Below, piece by piece: positions 48,769-60,050 of a DNA stretch of 64,000 bases. A program made the translations under genes and the position numbers. The notes beneath the pieces were generated by a model that saw only the letters and a list, made by a program, of their open reading frames with translations, made no database searches and was not told the origin of the DNA. This stretch comes from Hypanus sabinus. Lineage: Eukaryota. How positions within the stretch are numbered: position 1 is the first letter of the stretch; every line of letters begins with the position of its first letter. The DNA is taken from assembly GCF_030144855.1 (NCBI RefSeq), contig NC_082731.1, forward strand, positions 21,204,001-21,268,000. The letters run 5' to 3'.

Positions 48769-51230
48769 TATTGCTTTTTTAGTTAGGATCTGCTGTTCCT
48801 TAAAACTTTCCCAATCATCTGTATTCCCACTCATCTTAGCCCTGTCATACTTATTTTTCTTTAATGCTATACAATCTCTGACTTCCCTTGTCAACCACTG
48901 TGGCCCCTTCCCCCTCTTTGAATCCTTCCTTCTCATTGGAATGAACTGCTTTTGCATCTTTTGTATTATCCCCAAGAATATCTGCCACTGCTGATCCACT
49001 GTCTTTCCTGCCAGGGCATCCGCCCATTTAACTTTGGCCAGCTCTTCCCTAATGGCTCCGTAGTGTCATTTATTTAATTGCAGCACTGAAACCTCTGATC
49101 TGCCCTTATCCCTCTCAAATTGTAGTTAAAAACTTATTATGTTATGATCACTACTTCCGAATGGCTCCTTTACTTCAAGATCACTTATCAATTCCTGTTC
49201 ATTACACATCACCAAGTCCAAAATAGCCTCGTTCCTGGTTGGCTCAAGTACAAGCTTTTCCAAAAATACATCCCTTAGACACTCCACAAACTCCCTATCC
49301 TGGGGTCCAGCACCTACCTGATTCTCCCAGTTCACCTGCATGTTGAAATCTCCCATAACGACTTCATTACCTTTAGCACATGCCAATGGTAACTCCCTAA
49401 TCAACTTGTACCCAATATCCACGCTACTGTTTTTGGGCCTGTATAAAACACCCATTAGGGTCTTTTTACCCTTACTGTTCCTCAGCTCAATCCACACAGA
49501 CTCTACTTCCCCTGTTCCCAAGTCACCTCTTGCTAAGGACTGAATCTCATTCCTCACCAACAGGGCCACCCCACGCCCTCTTCCCATATTTCTGTCTCTA
49601 CGATAGCACGTATACCCTGGTACACTCAATTCCCAGGCGTGATCCCCTTGCAGCCATGTCTCCGTTATCCCAACAATATCGTAGTTCCCCATTTTCATCT
49701 GAGCTTCAATCTCATCCGTCTTATTTCTGATGCTACGCGCATTCAAGTAAACAATTCTTAGCCCATTCCTCCTCTCTTTGCTTAAAACACTGTCTATTGT
49801 ACCTAACCCAGCTCCTTGAACTTCCATCTGGCTAATTGCACCTTGAATTTTGATGACCTTCTTAAGATCACCCAAACCTTCTACACATTTAACCCCATGC
49901 TCCTTCTGACCATCTGTCTGTACATGTAACTTTTCCAACCTATATTCTGTCTCACCTTTCTCCTTTACACAATTCATATTTGGGAAACATCTATTCCCCA
50001 CCTGTCCCTTATCCTTCATCATATCATCTTCTCTCGTATTCTGGATTCCTGCCCCCTGCACATCTAGTTTAAATCCCCCGAGCAGCACTGGCAAATATTC
50101 CTGCAAGAATATCAGTACCCCTCCAGTTCAGATGTAGACCGTCCCTTGAAACAGATCCCAATGTCCCTGGAACAAAGACCAATCATCCAAAAACCTGAAC
50201 CCTTCCTTCCTGCACCATGCCCTCAGCCTCGTATTAATGTGCATAATCATTCTATTCTTCGCCTCACTCGCACGTGTGTACAGGTAGCAATCCCGAGATT
50301 GTCACCCTGGAGGTCCTGCCTTTCAGCTTCACTCCTAACTCCCTGAACTCTCTAAGCAGGACCCCCTCACTCACCTTACCTACATCGTTGGTCTCTACAT
50401 GGACCACTACATCTGGATTCATGCCCTCGTTCTCAAGAATAGCCTGCACCCGATCTGAGATGTCCCGGACCCTGGCACCAGGGCGGCAACATAACATCCG
50501 AGACTCCCGATCTACTCCACAAAATCCCCTATCTGCCCCCCTGACTATAGAATCCCCCAAAACTATCGCTCTCTTCTCTTCCCTACTCCCCTTTCTAGTT
50601 GAGGGTTCAACCTCTGTGCCAGAGACAAGACCACTGCAACTCATTCCTGGTAGGTCATCCCCATCAACAGTATCCAGTACGGTATACTTATTGTTAATGG
50701 GAATGGCCGCAGGGGTGCTCTGCTCTCTCTGCCTGCTCCCCCTGCCTACCTGGACCGTCACACCTCTGTCTACCTCTTGGATTTTTGGTGTGACTACCTC
50801 CTGATAACTCCTATCTATCTCTGCCTCTACCTCCCGAATGATCCGTAGTTCATTCAGCTCCCGCTCCTATCGGGCTGATAGGAGCTGCAGCCGGACGCAC
50901 CTTTTGCAGGTGTGGTCATCAGGGACAACTGTGTTGACCCTGACTTCCCACATACTGCATACGGAGCACACCACTGCTCTGACTGTCTCCCCCATACCTG
51001 AACAGGATTAATAGAATAAGTCTAAAAAGCACCGAGCGACCTTACCTTCTACCCCTCAGCGAGCAATCACACAGGCTTCCCGAAGTCCCCTTACGCCGAA
51101 GCCCACTTAGCCAAAGCCCAGGACTCTGCTTCCACGGAGTCCGCTGCCCGCTCTGAAAATAAGTCCTGCCTTTTAAAGTGCGCGCTCGACACTGACGTCA
51201 CTCGCGCCGGCGCAGTTCCCCCTCCTCCAC
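48769..51230 (-). mobile_element. Young CR1 LINE 5' portion: 5' UTR, ORF1 (zinc finger + SGNH esterase) and ORF2 APE endonuclease
   Basis: 50264-50761: AIVLGDSIVRG..VVHVETNDVG. 49126-50106: YLNARSIRNK..GITETW..GDFN..LDLV..SDHN. 48769-48999: following ORF2 segment. TGACGTCA in the 5' UTR at 51193-51200. Confidence 0.95.
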
Positions 51231-51299
51231 AAGTGTTGACCAGGCAGGCTTACATCCTACCTACAGCGGTCGAATTCTCTGAGCTGCCAGCTGAATCAC

Positions 51300-53100
51300 A
51301 CGCTGTAACTTCCTCCCGATTCAAAAAATGTGAAGGTATAGAATCTGAACAGGTGGCCTGGGTTAAAATGTATTTAGTTGCAATATTGTTCCTGGAAACT
51401 GATTTTTTTTTTCGTCACAAATGCATAGTTGGAAATCGCCTTTGTCCGATTTTGTGGATCTTCTTGTGGAGGTAACAATGAGATTGTAGTCCTAGGTAAT
51501 TATATGCAACACTCTGAATATCTGTGGCGCCAGCGCCTTTACGGTGCCGACAATCCTCTTCCTCTGAACTTCAGCTGATTATTTTATCTTGTGGTGGTTT
51601 CAGTGTGATGTGTAACTGTGCCAGTTTTTGTTCGAATATTGAAATTCCCTTTGGTTTGTTCGGCTTTGCTCACTCTTGAGCATTCTTGGGCCTACTCAGG
51701 CCTTGAGTGTCGGTCGAATACTAGCCAACCTTCCCCCTGTACGAGAGGTGTGCTAGAGAAAGTTATTTCTTCAATTCCAAACTCAAAACTAGTTTCTACT
51801 GCACTTGGATCGACTTGGTCAAAACCTCCACTGCTGGGTCACTGTTTTCATTCTTGAATTTCACCATATCAAACTCGGCTCAGTCTTGCTATGCGGACAC
51901 ACGTGATACATACAGCCAGACTGACATATTCATGGACCCATTAGAGTTTGAGCATTGTTGATTAGTGTTGGCCAACCACTAAGTTACAATAAGTAGGCCA
52001 CTGTATATGCTGTCCCTTTCTCTTCAACCAATTCTCCACGTTTACCATTAAGTACTCGAACCTAACGGCGCTCGAAAGAATTAGTTCAACCCAAGGGAAT
52101 GTTGATCACTTCTTATGCAGCGCTTACTGTATATTAAACTGAAACTAATCACGTTCTACTTCAACCTCTGCAAACTGTCGCATATCGTATCTCTCTTTTC
52201 TGACAAATTTCTCTTTACCTCATGGCACGTTTTGATACAAACTCTGCAACATGAACAAACGTGCCACCCGTAAATCTGCAGATGAAGATGGTGTTGGACC
52301 ATACTGTCCGCCGACTTGCGACAGCCTACTGACTCTTCAAACTTTGCGCGGTACAAGTACACATCACAATCGAATTCCGGTCCCTGCTGGTAGATATGTT
52401 TGAAACGCTGAAGCCCATATTGCCATATCCATCTGCACGATATCAACTGAAACAAAAGATCAATTTCTCGGACAGAGCTCGCAGATGATCTTGAAATCCT
52501 TATCGAAGCTCATGTTCAAGTTAACGAAAGTCTGCAGGACAAGTCAAGAGCGCAACGCAGTTAATCTAACAGGGTATAAAGTCTCTGAGGCTCTACTGTT
52601 TCATCTCGCTCTGCTGGGTCACGCACACCTCTGGGTTAAATATGATGGGACATTTCTGTTCTCGCACTCTTGGGATATTTGAAAACATCAAAACTGGGCG
52701 AGAGAAGGGAGTTCTTTGACGTGCTCCACCATTTTTCTTAGATCTTCTAAAACCGCAAGGTTTGCTTCTTCTGATTGAACCTACTCGAGGAAAGCCTATC
52801 TTTGATTGGGTATCCTACAATAATCCAGATCTTATTACGGATCGTAACGTAAAGGAAAGCTTTGGAGGCTGTGAACATAATATAACTATATCCATAATGT
52901 AATCTGAGAGGAAGAATCCATCGTTAAATATACCAAACAGCAATGAAATAATTGGAATTATAGAGGCATGCGAAAGGAGGATACCGGCGGATATGGCGGC
53001 AGAAAAGAGATAGATCAAATTTCTTTGAATAGTTCACGATACTCTAGATGGTTATGTCCAACAGAGGAAGAAAATTTCAAATGCAACATATAGGCAGCTA
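51300..53100 (-). mobile_element. Degenerate Gypsy RNase H-integrase fragment, copy 2
   Basis: Paralog of 18240-20060. Confidence 0.65.
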
Positions 53101-53259
53101 TGGCTAACGAAGCACGTTAATGCCTGGAAAAAAAGCTAAGAATTGGCATATAAGGTATCAAACATGAGTGGGCAGTTAGACGATAGGGAACCCTGTAATG
53201 TCCAACAAATGATAACCTAAAATGATCAGGAAAGTATTAGCCAACAGGCAGAATTACCA

Positions 53260-54508
53260 GTAATAGTATAGGGAAAGATATATTGTTTGTTTCGAATATA
53301 TAATTAAGAGGGAGGTGATAGTTTATATTGGTCTTCTGTAAAACGATGTTGGATACTTAATAATGGGGGGCGGCAAAGGAATAGGGCATAAAAGTAATGG
53401 ATATTATGCCTCTGTCTTCACTGTAAGACACTAGCAGTGTGTCAGATGTTCGTGTGTGCACGGATCAGGAGTAAATTTCATTCATATTACAAAGGGAAAA
53501 AAAAGAGTTCGAGGCACTCTCAAAGTTATTAAGATGGATATATCGTCTTAAAGAGGGATTTTTCGACTTTACTGCCTTTGAGAGTGCCTTGAACTCCCAC
53601 GTCACTTTGGTATAGCAATGACAATCATAAAGCTAGACTACATCTCAGGGTCCTGTAAGATCTTGCAGAACAGATATCAGATAACTTGGTCATGATCTTT
53701 CATGAACCAATGGATTCTGGCGGTATCTCGGAGGTCTACATGATTGAAACTGTCACTGCTCTCTTCAAGAAGGGAAGAAGGCAAAAAAAAAGGAATGTGA
53801 ATGCCATTTCGTCTAACCTCAGAGGTTTGGATTGTGTGGGAGTCGACTATGAAGAATGAGGTTTAGGGATTCTTAAAACCTATTGAAAAAATTGTCAAAG
53901 TCGTTAAAGGTTTCTGTGAAAGTAAATCTTGTCAGGTAAACATGTTAGAGTTTTTCGAGCAGCAGCAAACAATATGAACAAAAGAGAGGCTGTGGATGTC
54001 ATTTACTTGGATTTTCAGAAAGCAATTTATAAAGTGCTACACATGATTTTGCTACACAAGATTAATTCTTTTGCCTTACAAGAGAGATAGTACATGGATA
54101 GCTGAAAGACTGACAGGCAGAAGTTAGCATATAGGGATAAAGAAGATTTTTATGGTTAGGTGCTTGTGTCAAGATGGGGTTCTTAGTTGTCAGTTTTGGG
54201 ACAGCTACTACTCACGTTATTTGCCATTGATTTCGAAGATGGAACTGATAGCTTTGTGCAAGGTTTGCGGATGAAATGAAGAGAGATATAGGTGTAGGTT
54301 GTGTTGAGAACACAAAGCGTTAGCAGCATAATTTAGGCAAATTGGAAGACTGGTCTAAAAGTGGCAAATGGAATTTAGTGTTGGGAAATGTATAACAATG
54401 CATTTTGGTAAAACGAACCGGAGGGCAGACTATTGTCTAAGTGCGGAGACGGTTCAACCATCGAAGGTGCAGAGGGACTTAGGAGTCCCCGTGCAAGACC
54501 CCAAGACG
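53260..54508 (+). mobile_element. Old CR1 LINE, copy 2, 3' part deleted
   Basis: Paralog of 20200-21442. Confidence 0.85.
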
Positions 54509-54515
54509 TCTTCGG

Positions 54516-55660
54516 CGTCGCAGAACCCATGCACCAGATGTCCGTGCTGCTGAGATCGATCTATTAGAAGTTACGACCATCGTCAGCATAAATCAAGACA
54601 GCAGCAAGGGGCAAAACCAGGTAACCACCCCACTCGGTCTTTTTCTCGTTCTAAAGTCTATGCTATGGAGATCTCAAACCATAACCGAGAGATTTAAACA
54701 TCTACGCCTAGATCAGGGAACCTAGAGCACGGCAGCTGTTAAACCCACTGCCATTTCTGCCTGTTTCTGGTCACATATCTCCATGTACTTTTTCACATGC
54801 TTGCCATTATTGCGATGTTACAACTTGATTATAAAGTTGTTGGACCGAATGATGAAGGCCTCTATCTTTTGCTATCCCTCCCAAGATTCATCTGCTCCGT
54901 AGATGACTTGTGTCATGCTACAACTTGTATATCGAGTACACAACTTTCTCAAAGACGCTGGTTTTGAAAGTAGATTGCAGTTTATTTTCCAGCTCCAGAA
55001 GGCTTTCTGAAGAACACTGTTGCACTAGCGAATCCAGTGGACAGATGGAAAGCACCGATAACAAACTGGCGAAGCTATAAGCTGCTTTCTGTCTCGCAAA
55101 ATAGTCATCTGAATTGATTACGTAAACTGACGGGAGACTCCTAGTTACATTCTGGGCTACTCTTCTACATGTATATCTTTCTTCGATTATCCAGTTGCTA
55201 CGTATGCACACATTTCCTTTCTCGAGCAGGCGGCCGAGCGGGATTACATTCTTCATGGTCGTTGCTAGCACAAATATACGTTTACTCTGGTAGCTCGTTT
55301 ATGTATCTTCCTGTGAGAACAGTGGCAACACTACCGTCGGTGGCGGCCTCGCTCTGTCCTGGTTTATGTGCTTAGCTATCCACCAAACTGCTTGCATCCT
55401 TTCAGTGTTGAGTCTTGGAAACAGAACCTGTACTACTTCAACGTTCTCCGTCGCGTCAACAGCCTTACCTAACGTCTGCTCCAGATGCCATGGCTCTCAA
55501 TCACGTCTCCCATTTGAAGTCCTTTCTTTGGAGACCGCAGTCGCCTGTCCGTATAGCGCCACAGGCTGCATGCATTACTGACCGTCCGTGGATTTCTGCA
55601 ATACAGCTGATGCGTGTCCGGCTTCAATCGTTCTTGGACTGGGAGGATAATATGATCTGC
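54516..55660 (+). mobile_element. Chromoviral Gypsy integrase plus chromodomain remnant
   Basis: Paralog of 25231-26258 that continues past the junction into HVSHLKSFLW..RVRLQSFLDWED, a chromodomain-like sequence. Confidence 0.75.
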
Positions 55661-55789
55661 GCATGACATTGTGATATGTGGCTTGCAAGTGTCAAGATGG
55701 ATAAGAATCCAAGAAACTCTATATGTGTGCGAAAGGGGCAGATGAAATTAAATATATGAATGATGTTCTGAGTGACAAAGAATACTCAT

Positions 55790-56100
55790 ACGACACATGA
55801 GCCCTATTGCAGATACACTAATGGTACTTTCAATATCGCAGTGATATTAATATCGCATTAAATATTTAATGAAGCTATTTAAGTACAGCGTCGCAGAAAT
55901 TTGTGTGCACCATTGACCATATCCCATTCTGCCATGTGGTCAAGTCATATTAATATTCTCAAAATAATCTACCTGTTGTTCGCTATCAAACTGGACGCCA
56001 TGAGTACCCTTTGTTCCTGCTCACTTACCCTAATGAGTGTTCACAGAGCGGAGTAGCATGGGGGAAGCTTACTGGGGAAAAAATAGACATGGATACATAA
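55790..56100 (-). pseudogene. Candidate decayed inverted V relic resembling V5
   Basis: Minus strand: VDYFENINMT* in register with V5 VDEESNVTLNC, then WCTQ (cf. WYTQ), ISATLY, NITAILKVPLVYL. FR2-CDR2 largely deleted; no credible RSS. Confidence 0.35.
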
Positions 56101-56739
56101 AATTGAGGGACAGAAGAATATTTTAAGAGGCCGGCACACAATTAATTTCGCATGATCATGCTGAACTCAACTCCTACCCAATGGTATAAAGAGGGACTAG
56201 TCAAAACATTTCTGGGACGCCTGTTGCCTAATCAAACCATATCTCAGTTAAGAACTTTGTTTTTGCAATACCGTAACTTGAGGATTAGACACGAGAGAAA
56301 TTAGAAAGTGAGACAGGAGGAAAATATGAAGGGTTGAAGTGAAAGAAAAAGCGTGTGCGTGTGTAAAACGGGGAGACACAGAGAGAACTTGAAAATAAGA
56401 GGTAAATAAAAGTCAATTCTGCATATGATAGTGGTGAAGAAAATGACAGACAGTGGAGTTGTAAATCATAGGTGGGACGGTCCAAGCGAGAGAAAGAGAA
56501 AAGGAGAAGTGAGGGGAAGGAGTGTGTGAGAGCCAAAGAGAAAATGTGGGGGAGAGANNNNNNNNNNNNNNNNNNNNNNNNNNNNNNNNNNNNNNNNNNN
56601 NNNNNNNNNNNNNNNNNNNNNNNNNNNNNNNNNNNNNNNNNNNNNNNNNNNNNNNNNNNNNNNNNNNNNNNNNNNNNNNNNNNNNNNNNNNNNNNNNNNN
56701 NNNNNNNNNNNNNNNNNNNNNNNNNNNNNNNNNNNGCAG

Positions 56740-57078
56740 AATGATTTCCAGAAAAACCATGAACTAGAATCCATGCTGAATGAAGTCTGAATTAGCGTTG
56801 AATGAAGGATAGATGATTTTAATATACTGTAATTACAAAGGCGTAGTTAAGTACATTCAACTCTAGGGTGTAACCACAAAATATTTATCGAAGTTATATA
56901 TTTCAGGAAACATGGACTGAGCTCCAGAATGTCCACTGAGATGCATAGCCGAATTAAAGAAAAATATCAAGACATTTTAGTTAGGAACCTCAACGGGCCT
57001 TGTTTCTGTCTGTGCTGTTTATCTCATTGCAAAGGAATCCGTAGAGTTGCAAAGACATGGCAGATATAGGCAAAATCC
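56740..57078 (+). pseudogene. Decayed V relic of the + family (psiE), outside the duplication
   Basis: SELALNEG*MILIYCNYKG..PECPLRCIAELKK..LVSVCAVYL in register with V9. Dead heptamer CGTAGAG 57040-57046, exact 23-bp spacer similar to V9, nonamer GCAAAATCC 57070-57078, homologous 3' flank. Confidence 0.85.
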
Positions 57079-58169
57079 TATCCTCGGCCTACGAATAATC
57101 ACTCATTGCAGAAGACCCTTAATGCGGTACAGAATGAGGCTGAAAAATTATCAGTTTAATTAATTTTGGCCAGGCAGAATGAGGGAGAGACAGAGTGAGT
57201 GAAACAGCCAGAGAGAGTGAATAGTCTAGGCAATTAATTATTATTTTTAGAACACCATTGAAAAGGAGACGCAGCTAAAAATTTAGAATTGCCATCAGGA
57301 ATATGACATAGAAAAAAATACAAATGCAAAAAATATAAATATAAAAATAAAAACAATCCAATTGTAACCCCTTTCTTTTAGGGCCTGTAAGGAAAACCGG
57401 TTTGTTAGCCCCTCAGAAACAGTTACTGGATTCCGCAACGCGGAATTTTCCTTTCTTGGCTTCATACTTCAAGGATATATATAACTTCCGACGTTGTTAG
57501 ATCGCATCTGCCATTTCCAGTTGGCGGACGACTTCCCTGCACTCCGGTTATTGAGACTGACATATTGGGAAATAGTGTACATGGCAGGTTACAGCAGTGG
57601 TTTTCCTTTTCTTTCTGACGTGTGGATAACCAGACGTTTATGCGTCTTGTCATGGTCTTTGCGCTCCACAACGCCTTCTCGACCTGCCTTCTTGTCCGTC
57701 GGGCCATTAATCGGTCTCCTCCGTTCAAATCGCCAGGGCCAGACTTCATTCGCCGGGTCTGACAAACTCCCTACCTCACCGAGGGTCGACGACCCGTCGG
57801 CTACCCTCACCTGGTTTGGCCCTTCTCCCGAGACGGTGTGGCCGGTGTGACCGGTGTTACAGCTACTTGGACGCACAGGTGTGAGCTGAGCGCAGGTTGG
57901 GGAACAAAGGCGGGTAGGCTGCCCTGAAAAAGGCACTGTAGTTCGACCTCTAGAGGTGCTACTCCTCCCTAGACACCCCATGCACCCCATTTTACTTTGG
58001 TCCAGCCTGATCGGTGAGGTTGTCGCCTGTCTGTGTGAATGTTGCTTGCTTGACTGCCCCAGATAAGAAATAACAGTGCATGCACTGTATGAATTTATAA
58101 AGAAGACTATTTGGTAATGTTAATTTCAGATAATAGTTATGAAATTAAAGAAATAAGTTTAAAAAAGTA

Positions 58170-58530
58170 AGTGCCCATTACTCTAAAACAATAAAGTTGG
58201 AGCTCATCTTGATCTTGTCTGTCACTCACGCGAAATATCGCCAACCATGCTTCCTCTTGTCCTCTTCCAGCTCCCATCAATGCAGCTTCCTCTCGGCATA
58301 CCTCAGAGTCCTCTCCCAATGCTACTGTTCTGATTGGCTGTCAGCATATTCCTAAGTTGAGTAACAAAGCTTCTTATCACAGCTCAAACGCAAACAAGCT
58401 AAAATCAGTAGAGGCTGCTCTGACAGTATTGCTCAAAGGATATACCCACAGCTTGGCATTAAAACCCTGAACCAGGGCGTTGCACTTTCACCCACCAAAA
58501 GTAGTCATGCCATCATGGCTTTCAAATTTA
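58170..58530. mobile_element. LTR-like remnant
   Basis: Shares GTGCCCATT..AAGTTGGAGCTCATCTTG with the Gypsy terminal blocks at ~13535 and ~45270. Confidence 0.35.
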
Positions 58531-59269
58531 TCAACCCATATCACAGTTATGAAATGAAGCTCGTGACGCAGGCACAGCCAATCTATTTTTGGGCATACAC
58601 TTCGGTATTCCTATACTCAAGTAAAGGATGCCTTGTCCGGAGAAAAACATCTCCTTGTTAGGCTTATTGCCCATCCCTCGGACATTGCAACGAATTCGGC
58701 GATGCATATCACTCTGTCTACCAGGACGTAACATGACAAGTAGAGACTATTGCATCAAACGGTTATTCTTTTCTGCTCCTCATCCTGTTTAGGATGAACG
58801 TGAACTTCCTTAAAAAAAAACAGCTTTAAACACAGCGTAAAGAGACACAGTGTTTAAATGCATTCCTCCCATTGCATGCTTCCAGGAGCATCTTCACAAC
58901 GGCTGTAATTTTACGACAAGAATTGAGGCTGCGCCCATTTTAATCGGATCATTGCCGACCAACACTGATTTGTCAATTGTATCAGTTACTGCAACATCCG
59001 GATCCGAAACCTCCAATCTCAACGAGAAGTAACCATGTTAAGGTTATGGAACCATTTATGGTTATGGTAGAATCAAGTTATGGACAAGAGAAGCAGTGCA
59101 ACGGCCTTAGACCTTCTGGACAATACGAACACTTATGTCATGCAGATGTTCTGCGAATATAGATTAACATTTTACACCATTATTCACACAATCCTGATTG
59201 AAAAGATACAGAACTTTAAATTTTGTACCTCTGTCTGAAATTGGATCCGCGAATTCCTAATCTGAGGAC

Positions 59270-60050
59270 CATAATCTTTGCTATTTGGTGATAATGTCTC
59301 CTCCTCGCTGACGATTCAAACTCGTGCACCCCAGGGTAATGCTTAGCCTATGCTTTACTTTCTCTATACCTCTGACGGTGTGAATAGGTATAGCTCAAAT
59401 AACATCTATAATTTTGCTAATGATACAACCATTGTTAATAGAATCTGAGAAAGAGACGAGAGTGCGCACCTGAGAGGAATACGTCAACTAGTGGAGTGTT
59501 GCAGCAACAATCTTGCACTCAACACTAGTAAGCCGAAACAGCTTATTGTGGACTTCAGGAAGGATAGGGCGAAGAAACACAAATCAATCCTCACAGGAGG
59601 ATTAGAATTGGAGATAGTGCACAGTTTCAAATTCTTGGGTATCACAATCTCTGAGGATCTAATCAGGTCCTAACATATCGATGCAGTAATAAAGAAGACA
59701 AGACAGCGATTAGGCATCTTTAGGAATTTGAAGAGATTTCATACGTCAACAAATGAGTTCAAAAAAGCTCTATAGCTCTTCGGTGGCGAACATTCTAAAA
59801 AGGTGCAACACTACTGGTATGAGCGGGGTGGTTGTTTGCTGTGGTGTACAGGACCTAAAGAAGTTGCAGAGGTTTGCAAATTTAATCGGCTCCGTCTAGA
59901 TCACCAGCCTAAATTCTACCCAGAACATCTTCGAGCAGCGGTGTCCAGAAAGGCAACGTCCATTAATGACCTCAAACAGACAGAACATGCCCTCATTTCA
60001 TTATCACCATTAGGAGGACGTATAGAAGAATTAAACTACACACTGCCTCA
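59270..60050 (+). mobile_element. Degenerate Rex1/Babar LINE RT 3' half
   Basis: (G)APQG ~59325, FANDTTIV ~59412, CSNNLALNTSKPKQLIVDFRK, FKFLGITISEDL. Confidence 0.88.

Larger units (their letters stand above)
32800..55521 (+). repeat. Segmental duplication copy 2 (full unit inferred as 26259-55521)
   Basis: Collinear with 1-26258 apart from copy-specific indels and TE insertions. Confidence 0.95.

Noticed and set aside
58846-58852. Consensus heptamer CACAGTG
   Set aside because: No nonamer at 12- or 23-bp spacing and no adjacent coding segment.
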